Origin: Octopus bimaculoides
Lineage: Eukaryota
Length of the DNA stretch: 64,000 bases
Reading direction: 5' to 3'
Assembly (NCBI RefSeq): GCF_001194135.2
Contig: NC_068981.1
Span: 154,107,325-154,171,324 of the forward strand
Shown: positions 10,478 through 23,759 of the stretch, one piece after another
Position numbering within the stretch: the stretch's first letter is position 1
How the letters are laid out: each line of letters opens with the position of its first letter
Made by a program: the position numbers and the translations under genes
The notes under the pieces: generated by a model
Databases searched by the model: none
Seen by the model: the letters and a program-made list of their open reading frames with translations, nothing else
What the model was told of the DNA's origin: nothing

Positions 10478-12474
10478 CCAGAAAGCTGGATATATACCAA
10501 ATTCACTGAAAAAGTATTGGTCAGCCCAAACATGTAGTAGAAGGCACTTGCCCAGGATGCTGCCAGGTGGAACTGAACCCAAAACCATATGGTTGCAAAG
10601 CGAGCTTCTTAACCACACAACCATGTCTGACAAAGTTGACACTTTGAACTACATGTGCATACCATCTGATGGATTTTCACATTGTCCCCGTCTACTTAGA
10701 TTCCTTTACAAGGTTTAGATTAACTCAAAGATATGGTAGAAGATACTTGCGTGAAATCCCACACAGTGGGATCAATTCCAGATCCTCACACAAAGTAAAC
10801 ATTTTAACTTGACCATGTGAATGTAGCACAATATACACTGAATATTCTACTATATTTTTAGCTTCTCATTCTCAATTTATTCTTTTATTCATGCTAAAAT
10901 TGTTACAAACACCACCATAAAATCATGTAAATTATTGTATAATATGTCCATCTTTGATGAATTAAAATGAAAGTGATGAAAATATGACAGAGTATTCCTT
11001 GTAATGTTTTATATGGTGAATGCTGTGGAATTAAAGGGAAGTACTTATTAAGCTTATCTTCCAAGCAATTTTTATTTCTTATTTCTCTTTCCATTCCCTT
11101 ACACTAATAATACTTTCTACTATAGGCACAAGACCTGAAGTTTTTTGGGAGGGGCTTGTCGATTACATTGACCCCATGACCCTGACAAGATGAATTGTAA
11201 GGATGACCTCAGTGGAATTTACTCATACATTAATAATAGCCTCCGTACACTCCTCTTCCTCCAACTCCATCCAAATAAATTTTGACAGTGCAAGGAAGGT
11301 GAAGAGAAATAACTTTAGTGTGAATTTCCTGAAACACCAGTAATAAATTCTTAACAAGTTCTATCTAGAAATGGATATGTATGCTAACAAAATTTGTTTA
11401 AATTTCATATAAGAAAAAATTATAAAGAAAATATATTTTATAATATATTCTCTTTTATTCACTAAGATTTGTAGATGTTTCTTTCATTATATAAAGTTTT
11501 TACATAATTTTTTTTGTATGTTTATATGGAAACCTTATCTTTTAAAATGAAATAGAGAGATAACGGAAGTCAAACACACACACACACACACACAATATAT
11601 TGAATACTACAATACAGATCAATAAGTTAGTAAAGCTGACTCAAAGGTTTAGTCACGTGTCTCTGCTGCATCTGTGTATTAAAATTATATTTTACAACAT
11701 GAAATTCTTATGGCAATCTAGAATAATAACTATTTTAGGTGATTTTTTTTCCAGTTTTCATTTACTGTACTAGAACACTCATAAAATGACTATTTACCAT
11801 ATTTTCTGTATAAGAATATTCATAAGATGGCTATTTACCAATGGCCAACATAATCTTGCATTGAGTAATTTCCAAAAAAAAAAAAAATGCTTTAAGCATT
11901 TTGGCAGTAATATATTTGGTAAGAAACTTGGCTCTCCAAACTGATTTTGTTTGTTCACTCTGGTCATAACATGCAAGTTGGAGGAATAAAAAGTAGAATT
12001 TTATGCAAACTTTATAACAGTTTACTTTAGTGTTATCACTATTTTATTTTCACTCAGGATTCTAATATTGGTTCATATATTTGCATAAAATTATAAATTT
12101 TTAGGGAAAGTGTGTGGTCAATCTGTGTCATGTTGCCTTACACATATTCAATTGATTTTAGAAAAGGAGAGAATATATAGAGTATATGTANNNNNNNNNN
12201 NNNNNNNNNNNNNNNNNNNNNNNNNNNNNNNNNNNNNNNNNNNNNNNNNNNNNNNNNNNNNNNNNNNNNNNNNNNNNNNNNNNNNNNNNNNNNNNNNNNN
12301 NNNNNNNNNNNNNNNNNNNNNNNNNNNNNNNNNNNNNNNNNNNNNNNNNNNNNNNNNNNNNNNNNNNNNNNNNNNNNNNNNNNNNNNNNNNNNNNNNNNN
12401 NNNNNNNNNNNNNNNNNNNNNNNNNNNNNNNNNNNNNNNNNNNNNNNNNNNNNNNNNNNNNNNNNNNNNNNNNN

Positions 12475-12499
<25 letters not shown>

Positions 12500-12507
<8 letters not shown>

Positions 12508-12732
12508 ATATGTTTGTGTGTCTGTGTTTTTCCCCCCAACATCGCTTGACAACCGATGCTGGTGTGTTTACATCCCCGTAACTTAGCAGTTCGGCAAAAG
12601 AGACTGATAGAATAAGTACTAGGCTTCCAAAGAATAAGTCCTGGGGTCGATTTGCTTGACTAAAGGCGGTGCTCCAGGATGGCCACAGTCAAATGACTGA
12701 AACAAGTAAAAGAGTAAAAAAAGTAAAAGAGT
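12500..12732 (+). mobile_element. SINE family A, 3' half (5' half probably lies in the gap)
   Basis: TGTGTCTGTGTT...GCTTGACAACCGATGCTGG...GACTGAAACAAGTAAAAGAG. Confidence 0.88.
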
Positions 12733-13356
12733 ATTTACTGATGAGGCAGTTAAAAATAATGACCTAAAGATTTTCTATGTCTATCTCCTATATGAAGAAC
12801 ATATATCTAAGATAAAGCTAATATACTTAATTTGATAGGCCACAAAAAAAAAGTAATCACTTAAAATTACACTTGCAAAAGAAATAAATATAATTAGTAT
12901 TAATGATAATTCTTGTGAAAAAAAAGGGAGGTAACTCTGAAATAACAGTTGATTAAAAGCTGAATGAAAGCAATCAGTGGACAGAGGGCAGCCTGATCTT
13001 TGGTAAATTCAGTGACAAGTCAAGACATATTTTAGTCTTAGTGAATCTCCTCAGTAAAGTATGGTACAATGTGTACCTGCCACTGATGTTGGCAGCATGA
13101 TCAATGAATAATTAATGAGTGCAAATAAAACATGAGGTAAGTTTAAATTACCGAATGGCAAGGAAGCTTCCACAGTGTATCCACTCCAAGAAATCTTATA
13201 ATTGGGAAGGCCACCAAGTGTTCAATCACTGCATTACACTTTGAAAATTTAGAGCAGATAAGAAGAAAGAAGGATAATTGTCAAAGGAAAAATGTTTTAG
13301 AGCCAAACAATGGCTGGACACATTGCATAGCATTATAACTTGTGGTGAGGAAAACT

Positions 13357-13760
13357 GAGATTGGAGCCTTTATGTGGTCGCTAATTCTGCTAGAAATAGC
13401 AACAAAAATCTTTAAATCACTCCACACTATCTTAAAAAAGGTCTATTTCATATTGAACACTGTGGTCCTAGACACACTGTACCTGAACACCTTGGCCAAA
13501 CATCTTAGTTCTGACATGGTGTTATATATCAACAACAACAACCTATAGAAATGCTATTACTGTTGTTTAACAGCAAATTATCTCTGACTGACTGAAGCTA
13601 TAGTCAAAAGCATTTCAGTTGTGACCATCCTGTCTTTTAGTCAGGCACAGTGTACTTCAGATTGCATTATCCAACATGTCCAGTTTCTTTAAGCAGTAAG
13701 GTGTGGTTTGGGAGTGGGAATTGGTTGCTCTGTCTAGCATATTTAACAAACACATAAAAA
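13357..13760. mobile_element. Two family D ((CAA)n-tailed retroposon 3' end) copies, tail-to-tail
   Basis: Plus copy GGAGCCTTTATGTGG...CTAGAAATAGC...CAACAACAAC (13357-13545), then a minus copy (13556-13760). Confidence 0.7.
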
Positions 13761-14199
13761 CTTCCTTGTTAGCTCACATGGGATGATAAAAATAGCCTTA
13801 GCAAGTTGTTTGGGTTGATGCTGTTATATGAAGATGAATAAAACTTATATAGTCATGATGTGTCATAAATTGAACTAATTTCACTTAATACTCAGATTTA
13901 TGACACACGGATATTTTATTGTTTATCTGTTTCATATCACAATTGGTGAACCAGTATGCCATTGGGTACAGGCTTTCAGCAAGCTAATCTCTGATTCACC
14001 ATATCTCTTAAAAGCAAGAGTGACAAGGGAGTGTCTTTAAATTATAGTAGAGACTGCAGCAAAAAGGGTACCATGTTTTCATTCTAGATTCTTCACTGAT
14101 ATACACTGGTGAAAGATACATACATACATATATGCATACACACGTATATAAACATACTCACGCATGCATATAAGACACATATATGTATGTATGTGTGTT

Positions 14200-14242
<43 letters not shown>

Positions 14243-14429
14243 NNNNNNNNNNGTCAAGTCGTCCAACCCATGCAAGCATGGAAAGCGGACGTTAAACGAT
14301 GATGATGATACACCCCACATACACACACACACATTTATACACCCACATACACAATTATACACAATCACACATACATAGATATATCACTGTATTGATTGGA
14401 CTATTGGATTTTGCTATACAGCACCAGTT

Positions 14430-14680
14430 GCGATCATGTCCAGTAAATTCAGTCATTACCTCACTGCATGGAAAGTTCACTGTCATCAATTTACTACAGA
14501 ATCTCCATTACTTTCATTTTTTTTTTTGCAATAAAATAGTTTTTAACTATTAATGGTAAAATACTATGGAGATATTTTCATAGTAAACTTTCCTCACGGT
14601 AAATTTTCCTTGCAGTGAACTTTCTTCATGGTGAATTGATGGCAGTGAACTCTCCTGTGATGAATTGATAATGGTTAACT
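14430..14680. mobile_element. Decayed foldback/MITE-like element with subrepeats
   Basis: AAGTTCACTGTCATCAATTT (about 14472) is the inverted match of GAATTGATGGCAGTGAACTC (about 14633); GGTGAA/AGTGAA-type subrepeats in the right arm. Confidence 0.55.
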
Positions 14681-14689
14681 TATCTGTAA

Positions 14690-14925
14690 TTGGTCACAAT
14701 GCACTGCTTTGCATTGTTATAGCTTCTGAGTGTTACCCCACTGGCTGGTTGGGCAAGCTAACATTCCCTCTGAATGGAACACTACTCCATTGCAGTGGAC
14801 TAGAGCAACATGAAATGAAGTCTTTTACTCAAGAATACAATGTACTGCCAGCCAGCCTGGGAATCAAAAGCATTCTCTTGTGATTGTGAGTGCAACACAC
14901 TAAACACTAGTCCATGTACTTTCAT
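14690..14925 (-). mobile_element. SINE family E (tRNA head plus core), decayed
   Basis: Reverse complement of the TGTGTTCTTGAGCAAAACACTTCATTTCACGTTGCTCCAGTCCAC core seen at 18.2 kb. Confidence 0.7.
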
Positions 14926-14929
14926 GTGT

Positions 14930-15001
<72 letters not shown>

Positions 15002-15151
15002 NNNNNNNNNNGATATTTCCTTTATCAACAAGGTGACGCCTTACAATTGTTCAATTGTGTCAATACATTCTTGTGTTTTTCTAAAGATCAGATTCAAACT
15101 AGTCTTTGAAGAAATTGAAACAATCGTATAGAGAGGCATTACATGGTTAGT

Positions 15152-15215
<64 letters not shown>

Positions 15216-15507
15216 CATAAGCATACGTATTCAATGTAAGGTACATTTTTTTTTCTCTTTCTCTTGCTCATAATTCTTTATCTTCTTTTTGATCAAGAGC
15301 ATTACCCAAAACTTCAGATTCTCTTCTGTTTCATTGTTTGGCATATTTATTTTCATGGTACACTCCTTTGGTTTTTGCTTTTTTTCTTCTGTTTTATATG
15401 TACACACTTTTTCAGGCACATGCTTTCACTTGTCTGACTTTGTGTATTATTTGTTTATTTGTCTCCTCTTTGCTTCATAAACTTACTGGTGTTATTTATG
15501 TAATTTT

Positions 15508-15639
15508 TATGGCGTTAGGAAGGGCATCCAGCTGTAGAAACTCTGCCAAATTAGATTGGAGCCTGGTGTTGCCATCCGGTTTCACCAGTCCTCAGTCAAA
15601 TCGTCCAACCCATGCTAGCATGGAAAGCGGACGTTAAAC

Positions 15640-15685
<46 letters not shown>
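15508..15685 (+). mobile_element. RTE 3' end with long (GAT)n tail
   Basis: Nearly identical to 63690-63836. Confidence 0.9.
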
Positions 15686-15899
15686 GCCCCATCTTATCAG
15701 ACAATAGTCATATCAGATTCAGCCTGTAGTGAGACATTTATATGTCATTGGATTTAAGTGACAAAATCCTGTACAACACTTTTACCATTCTCTTGGTTGC
15801 CATAGTAGGTTTAATTAGTTTAAATGATCACAAATGCATAAAAATAATTTTTAATTCCATTAGACATTCTAAAATACTATTAAATTTCATTCAATTTTA

Positions 15900-15942
15900 A
15901 AAAGGGTAAAATTGAACAGAACTTATGGGATGACCTGATATA
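15900..15942 (+). mobile_element. Mariner-like right TIR remnant
   Basis: GAACTTATGGGATGACCTGATA followed by TA; resembles the reverse complement of the TIR at 56754. Confidence 0.45.
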
Positions 15943-16043
15943 AGTATTGAGTAATTCTTCAGTTTAATGTTAAAATATTTTCATTATAATTCAACATAAA
16001 AATATATGTGTATGTGCGTGTGTTTGTGTGTGTGTGTGTGTGT

Positions 16044-16084
<41 letters not shown>

Positions 16085-16389
16085 TCTGTGTGTACATTGT
16101 GAATGGAAATGTGTGAACTTTGACACATACACTTCCATTTGAAAGGTATTGACTGACCTAAGGTAATGGTAGTAGATATTCACCTAAGTTGTATATTAGG
16201 ATTGAACTTGCAACTAGTTGGTTGCAAGGTAAATTTTCAACTCTACATCCACAGCCATGCCTGCACTTTTTCTTAGGGATATATATATATATGTATATAT
16301 ATCCACCTGTGTGTATATAATGTTTAATGGCATTTTTGACATATACACACACAAACACACACACTTCTGTGAACTTGTCCACTCTTTCC

Positions 16390-16944
16390 TCTTCTCCTAT
16401 AAATCTGAAGTGTCAAACTTGTATAAGATAAACCATAAGGTATATAAACTCATATGTATGTATTACATCAGATGTAACACATACACATACCCATAGACAC
16501 AAGAAAGTGCAGGTACTGCTGAAGAAACATCTTAGCACATACATATAACCATGAACATTTAACATACACTCACACACTAACATGTATATATGTACACACA
16601 CACATGCATGCATGTGTGCACACGCACATACACATACACATATGCACAGAGGTGTATCGTTAATCATTAGATGCATCTAACCGAATGTATGTTATATTTT
16701 TAACACAACACAGAGAAAAAAACAGAAATACATATACATGCACAACACACTGACACATTCACACAGATAGAACACACATGTGCATACCCATACACAAATG
16801 TACACAAATTCAAACTCACATGAACACAAAATCACAAACATACACACTCCATTGCACACACACACATATGTGTGTGTGTACACGCGCACACACACACACA
16901 CACACAAACATGAATACAAACTCATACACAAACTCACATGCAGA

Positions 16945-16977
<33 letters not shown>

Positions 16978-17010
16978 GCATGAGCAAACTCATGAAGACA
17001 GGAGTATATG
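16390..17010. repeat. Degenerate CA-rich low-complexity tract
   Basis: About 600 bp of interrupted CACA/TACA/CAAA. Confidence 0.85.
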
Positions 17011-17484
17011 ATTAGTCATGCAATATGTCTGCCAGTAAAACTGTTCCTCTGCTCCTCTAACATCTAACATCTAGTATCATTTTCTGATGGTATTTAACCA
17101 ATCAAACCTCTATTCAGTGACACAAGAAATCTGAATCATCATCATCATCATTTAATGTCTGCCTTTCACGCTGGCATGGGTGCATATATATGTGTGTGTG
17201 TGTGTATACATACATCAAAAACTTGATATTCAACAATTCTACAGTTCAGTAAACCTGAGTAAACCTTACATTAAATGTCTTTTTTTTTAAATATCATAAT
17301 CCTTTTTCCACCAAGATAGAGATGGATGTTTCATTCCCAGGATATAGAATGACCCTTAGTTTACAATTAGTTTTTCGATTCATTCCGTTTTATATTCTAA
17401 ATGTCAGGAAACAAATTAATTTGACAAATAGATAAATGCAAAATAAAAAATAAAAATTGCTCTCATATTTAATGCAGTTTCAGT

Positions 17485-17720
17485 TCAACCCTTTTGATAC
17501 CAACCTGCCTGAGACAAACCCTCAGCTCTATGATATAAACATCCTCATTTAAAAGGATCTAAATTAAAACCTCTCATCAAAACTTCATGTTAATCTATGT
17601 TCCAAACACCAGCTTCATAATGACATAGTTATTTTACTAAATTCTTTGTTATTTTCAAAATTAATTGAAACAAAGGCAATCTATTTAAATGAAAATTTGG
17701 TTTAAAAAAAAATAGAGTTA
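17485..17720. mobile_element. piggyBac-type MITE (family 2)
   Basis: Begins CCCTTTTGATACC; shares GTTCCAAACACCAGC...GACAAAGTTATTTTACTAAA...TTTTCAAAATT with 60920-61150 and 62430-62665, which end GTAACAAAAGGG(TTAA). Confidence 0.72.
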
Positions 17721-18132
17721 TTAAAAATAAAATCCTATATTGTTGAAAGCAAAGTTAATCCAAAAGAATGTCTGGAACAGCCTAAATGGAAAGCCAAGAA
17801 AGATCAACTCTCAGTTAATGGTATAGAATTTATCTCAACATTTGAAGTTTTTATTGATATTATAAATAAAATAGCTGCTATTCATGGTTAGCATGGGTAT
17901 TCTCGAAACCTTTCTACTTCTCTATGTGTATTAGTAGCATAGCTGGGAGGGAGGAGGGAGAAGCGACAGTTTCCGCCCCCACCCCCACACCAGGCAGTGC
18001 TTCTATGGGAATGGTACTTTTGGGTCTGCCCTATAAGCTTGTATGTTGTTTCTTTTTTTTTGTTTAATTGTTATTGTTAAAATTTAAGTATATTTGATGT
18101 ATTTAAAGCATACTATATTTGAGTATAAGTAG

Positions 18133-18385
18133 AGGCGCGTAGCTGAGTGGTTAGGGTGTCAGCATCATGATCGTAAGATTGTGGTTTTGATTCCTGAACC
18201 AGGCGATGTGTTGTGTTCTTGAGCAAAACACTTCATTTCACGTTGCTCCAGTCCACTCAGCTGGCAAAAATGAGTAACGCTGCGATGGACTGGCGTCCCG
18301 TCCAATTGGGGAACACATACACCAATGAAACCGGGAAACCGGGCCCATGAGCCTGGCTAGGCTTTAAAAGGGCGCATTTATTTAT
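18133..18385 (+). mobile_element. SINE family E, tail type 1 (GCGATGGACTGGCGTCCCGTCC; resembles the Meta/V-type SINE domain)
   Basis: A box TAGCTGAGTGG, B-box-like GATTCCTG, core TTCTTGAGCAAAACAC. The domain name is from memory of SINE superfamily consensus sequences. Confidence 0.8.
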
Positions 18386-18734
18386 ATTTTTATATTTGAG
18401 TATAACACAAACTAGTTAACAATCAATCATCATCACCATCATTATTATAATCATTAAGAAAATCTTGGAAGTGCTGGACAGCAGGTCTTCAGAGAAGATG
18501 CCCTTCTACATGCAAATGTTTCAGCCTTTGACTCCTTACACTCTAAGAAGGTCAGGCAGCATCCAGGCCACAAGTCCTGGATACCCTTCTGTCATCACAT
18601 TCAGTGCTACTTTTGCATTGCATCCTTTTGGATGTAAAGAGGGAATTACTGTGCAATGCACTGTATTTTTTTGTGGGGGACAGGGAGGTGTATGGGAGGG
18701 ACATAAACGTAAGGGGCTGCTCCAAGTAGTACTC

Positions 18735-19050
18735 ACTACATCATCATCATCATCATCGTCGTTTAACGTTCGATTTTCATGCTAGCATGGGCTGGATGAT
18801 TTGGCTGAGGACTGGTGAAACCAGATGGCTACACCAGGCTCCAATCTGATTTGGCAGAGTTTCTACAGCTGGATGCCCTTCCTAACGCCAACCACTCAAA
18901 GAGTGTAGTGGGTGCTTTTACGTGTCACCGGCACGAAGGCCAGTCAGGCGGTACTGGCAACGGCCACGCTCAAAATGGTGTATTTTATGTGCCACCCACA
19001 CAAGAGCCAGTCCAGGGGCACTGGCAACGATCTCGCTCAAAAGTCCTTAC
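18735..19050 (-). mobile_element. RTE 3' UTR fragment
   Basis: Same family as 9275-9580. Confidence 0.88.
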
Positions 19051-19356
19051 ACATGCCGTGGGCACAAATGTATATTTTTGTACATTTGCTTAGTGACTCA
19101 CTCTTATCACTACTTTCGCAAGCATAGTGAAAGCATATTATGATCTCTTTGATGAGATCATAATAATTGTTTCTAATTTAGGCACATGGCTGAGAATTTA
19201 AGGCAAGAGGTTAGTTGATGGCCATTGACCTCAGTACTTGACTGTTACTCATTTTATTAAAGCTGACCTTGGTAGGATTTGAACTCAGAATGTAAACAAC
19301 TGGAATAAATACTGCAAAACATTTTATCCAACTATCTAAAAACTCTGCCAATCCAC

Positions 19357-19512
19357 CAGTGACATAGCTAGAGTGTGTACTACCCAGGGCAGCCCTTGAA
19401 TTTGCCATCCCCAACCACGGCTCTCAGATCCCAAATTCCACCCCCATAAAAGCATTGACCAGGGAGGACCAACCAACTTGTCCCACCCTACCACACGCTA
19501 GCTATGCTACTG
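19357..19512. mobile_element. hAT-type MITE, 156 bp, perfect 8-bp TSD
   Basis: Ends CAGTGACATAGCTAG / CTAGCTATGCTACTG; CAATCCAC at 19349-19356 and 19513-19520. Confidence 0.88.
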
Positions 19513-20084
19513 CAATCCACCCCTCTTCTGCCAAAATATGTTTTATCAAAGTAATTGGTTTCAAACTTTGGTACAAGGCCAGCAGTTTCAGGGAAGGGGA
19601 TAAGTTGATTACGTCAACCTCCAGTGCTCAATTAACACCGAAAGGATAGAAGGCAAAGTTGACCTCAGCAGAATTTGAACTCGGAACATAATGACAGATG
19701 AAATGCTGGCTAGGCATTTTTCTCAGTATGCTAATGATTCTGCCAGCTCACCATCCATGTCTTATCAAAGTAATTAAATTTGATTTATTGAGTAATATTT
19801 TTTACACCTCATAATTATTTCTACTTGTTTTTCTTTTTCTAATGTTCTTTGCATTAAATATGTCAACACTAAGTTGCAGCTAACATAGTTAATTTAATGT
19901 TAGCATACTTAATGTAGTGAGCATTAAAACGGTAAAAAGAAATAATTAGTTTGATAGAAAGATTGAGATTGAAGTGAGATAAAGAGATAGGATAAACAGA
20001 GAATTCTTTGTGTTGATTTTGAATTTGTGAATAACAGTAAAAAATTAATACTGTCCATAATTGTTGGACAATTGTTGAATAAAT

Positions 20085-20247
20085 AGGTGCAGCCATGTCT
20101 GTATGGTAAGGGGCTTGCTTCCCAACCACATGCTTCTGGATTCAGTCCCACTGCATGCCACCTTGGGCAAGTGACTTCTACCTGTAGCCTTGGTTCATTC
20201 AAAGTCTTATGAGTGGATTTGGTGGATGGAAACTGAAAGAAGCCTGT

Positions 20248-20285
<38 letters not shown>

Positions 20286-20830
20286 GGTAAAGATGGATGA
20301 CCATGGGATTGCACCAAGAAAGTTACCCTCTAAGGCATAAGTCTGGGCAAAATTGTTTACGGAAGACCAGCAATCACTCATGCATACCAGCCTCCCCACT
20401 TCACACCACTGATATTATCCAAGGGAAAGGCAAAGGCTGATACAACTTGGCACTAGTGACATTGCAACTCTTTTCTACAGCTGAATGAACTGGAGCAACA
20501 TGAAATAAAGTGTCTTGCTCAAGAACACAACACACCACCCAGTCTGGGAATTGAACTTACTACCTGATTGTGAGCCTGACACTCTACCACTGAGTCATGA
20601 TATATGTTTGTGTGTTTGTTTCCCACCATAGCTTGACAACTGGTGCTGGTGTGTTTATGTCCCCGTAACTTAGTGGTTCAGCAAAAAAGACTGCTAGAAT
20701 AAATACCAGGCATAAAAAAATAAAATAATATTAAATTAAGTACTGCAGTCAATTCATTCTACTAAAAATTCTTCAAGGTAGTGCCCCAGCATTGCCACAG
20801 TATAATGACTGAAACAAGTTAAAAAAAAAA
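20085..20830 (+). mobile_element. SINE A split by a minus-strand SINE E (20282-20600, tail type 2)
   Basis: A head 20085-20250, (TA)n, SINE E reverse complement, then A 3' half from about 20600. Confidence 0.82.
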
Positions 20831-21024
20831 TAGAGATTGATAAAATAACTATCAGACAGAAACAAGTATTGTGGTTGATATTATCAGCTAAAACTCTTGA
20901 AGTTGTTGGTGTACCATGGTCATTTCTATATACCTGTAGGTTTTGAGTATTCCTAGCAGAGGTAGATAAAGTGATCTCATTAGGAACATTACATTTTCTC
21001 ATCTTCTGGATTGGTAGGCAACAA

Positions 21025-21250
21025 AGGAGCTTCTATATGGTTGGTTGGTCTGCAAGAAAAAAAAACAGCCAAACTTCCTTCAAATTACACCCTATCATTT
21101 CAAAAACCCAACAGGTTGGATAATGTGGGCCAGGTTTACCCGCACGGACGGAAAATATGGGATGGCTATAGCTGCAATGCCTTCAATCACAGGTCTGCTC
21201 ATCAAGATGGACCTGGGGCTAAACAACAATAACAACAACAGCAGCAATAT
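21025..21250 (+). mobile_element. Family D copy with (AAC)n tail
   Basis: GGAGCTTCTATATGG...GGTCTGCTC...GACCTGGGGCTAAACAACAATAACAAC. Confidence 0.75.
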
Positions 21251-21739
21251 CTAATAACTAAAACCAGTAGAAGAGTAAATTTTTTGAATCTGTAGTTGTT
21301 TATTCATTGGAGCTATTCTTGGAGTTATTCCTGAAGCTACTTAAGTTACATCTTAACTGCATAACAGCTTTAAGATTAACTGTAAACATGATATCCAACA
21401 CATCTATTCATCTAATATAAATATATATAGGCTGAATGAGTCACACATACACACAGACACACACACATTTAAGTTTGGTAGCTCTTTCTAAATAGTCAAT
21501 TTGTTAGCAAGGAAATGAAAGAAAATATTCTCAATAAATCTTCACTTATCAATCCAATGTGTTTAAAAAAAAAAGTCAAATTCTTCTCTCTTTTCCACTT
21601 TGTTTCAAGGACATTACTGCCACCGGTAGTGTCAAAGATATATAAAATTAAAACTAAATTTGCTGGTCAATTTTTCCTCTTCATTTCACACATTTGTAGA
21701 CTTCAATCCACACATCACCTCTTACTAACACACAAAGCA

Positions 21740-22990
21740 CTCATCCTGTTCCACCTCAAGACCAAGTCTCTCAACCACCATCTGTTGTCCATCAATGCTG
21801 TCCAGGTTACACTCTTTATTCATCTGAAAGGTGGTTTCTGTGCATTCATGGATTCCACTCCACTCTGTCACTCCCTACTCTCACCTCTGCATCTGTAACA
21901 AAGAATTTCAGTTTTGTTGATACATTAATCTACCATCTAATGGATTGGTGACTCTCTGTCATGTCAAACAATCACTTCTGCTAATGGAGTTCCCTCTGAG
22001 CCACACACTATCAAACTATCAACTCTAGTGTGTCTAAGGAATTTTTTTTTTTTCTCCTACATCTCTCTTCTTATGCATCTACAGCCATGCTGTCATCTGC
22101 AATGTAGATAATACAATCTTTCATTCCTCCCCAACATTCTTCACCCAAACATATTCAACCTAGACATCTCACATCAAATCTACTCTAATTCCATAGACAG
22201 AAACCTCAAAAATATTCTCTTATGAGAGAGGAGATCATGCCAACCTTGTCTTCTCTCCAGCAAAAATGCAATCCCCTCCTCTCTCTCTCTCTATAGATAG
22301 AAAAACTGCATCTCATTCACTCCCAATGTAAACAATATGCAACAAAAGCTTTCAAGATTGTTTCGAATCCCAGGCATCACCATGACTGATGATCTTCTCT
22401 GGGGAATGCACATCACCAACATAGCAAAGACTACAACACAATAATGGTCTTTCTTCTCATAAATAGAAAATACTTCAGTTCCCAATAATTATTTGCCTTC
22501 AACAAAAATAAGGTGAGACTCACAATGAAGTAGTTTTCACCTCTGGGACGATGCTATTACATCCCTCAAAAAGTCATTCAACTGATTGGCATCAGGTCAC
22601 TCACAAACACACTCTAATATCTAGCTCACAAACATGTTCTTTTCTCTGTATTATCTACCTCTATCACAAAGATTGCTGGTCTTATGTCACCTTCCCCCCA
22701 AGCATTCTTGACTTGCTCATCTCACTGTGACTTCTCATCCATGTTGTGTCCACCTTCCAAGTTCTATACTAACCACTACATCCATTCTTCTTCTCAGAAT
22801 GTAAACTTTCCTAAGTTCTCTCCCTGCACATGCTTTTTTTTGCAGCCATCAACTTATGACTGCTCAAGAGGAATGTTAATGGCATCAAATTCATGTCATA
22901 GAATGCTTGTGGCATGAAGTCGATGCCATTAACATGAAAGACATAGGCTCATCCTCTACTTCCAAATCAATGTATAACTGCACATGTATT
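21740..22990 (+). mobile_element. Heavily decayed CR1-like LINE RT region
   Basis: Fragmentary motifs: ITMTDDLLWGMHITNIAKT, RKYFS, and remnants of the xNSGVPQG, YADD and NLVxF/KTQ regions. Confidence 0.65.
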
Positions 22991-23206
22991 TAAATAAATG
23001 TTTCTTTGCATTCGTTCCCCATCACTGCTTGATAACCAGTGTCAGTTTGTTTACATCCCTGTAACCTAGAAGTTCAGCAAAAAGAGACTGCTAGAATAAG
23101 TAGTGGACTTAAAAAAAAAAATACTGGGATCTATTTGTTTGACTAAACCCTTCAAGGAGGTGCCCCAGCATGGCCACTGTCTAATGATTGAAACAAATAA
23201 AAGATA

Positions 23207-23275
<69 letters not shown>

Positions 23276-23759
23276 ATACATATCTATATGTGTGTGTGTT
23301 TGTGTGTATGTGTGTGTCTGTATATGTATGAATATATAAATACACACACAGATATGTATATATAGTAAGAAAAGGGAGGAAGAAAATTTCAATTATCCCC
23401 ACGTGGTGAGTTAAAATGCAAAAAATATATATATAAAATAAAAGAAGGAAAATGCACACAGTTTACATAGTTTTAATATATTTTAAATAAAAGAGTATTG
23501 TGGTTGTCGACTGGTTTGGTATTCGATAATCATGACATTGAAATTATTGTATTTTCTTAAGATTTTAGTCCATATTCTTGTATGAAAGTTTGTGAATGAA
23601 TCAACAAATAGAAAATCTATGGGGAAGTAATTGGTGATAGTTATTACTCGGGACAGATGAGGTAATTGCTCATTTTTGGGATAGGATAAATAAACATACA
23701 AAAACTCATAAGCTAAAGTAGTGAGATGAAATATGTACAGTGATGGATATGTGATCATG

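Noticed and set aside
13050-13140. Strong GAG|GTAAGT donor
   Set aside because: All three frames upstream are closed and there is no convincing acceptor.
17740-17890. Open stretch ...DQLSVNGIEFISTFEVFIDIINKIAAIHG with a faint likeness to argininosuccinate synthase
   Set aside because: No usable splice acceptor, it abuts a MITE, and neighbouring ASS motifs are absent.
9374-19143. Recurrent peptide AEFLQLDALPNANHSESVVGAF
   Set aside because: Antisense translation of the RTE 3' UTR.
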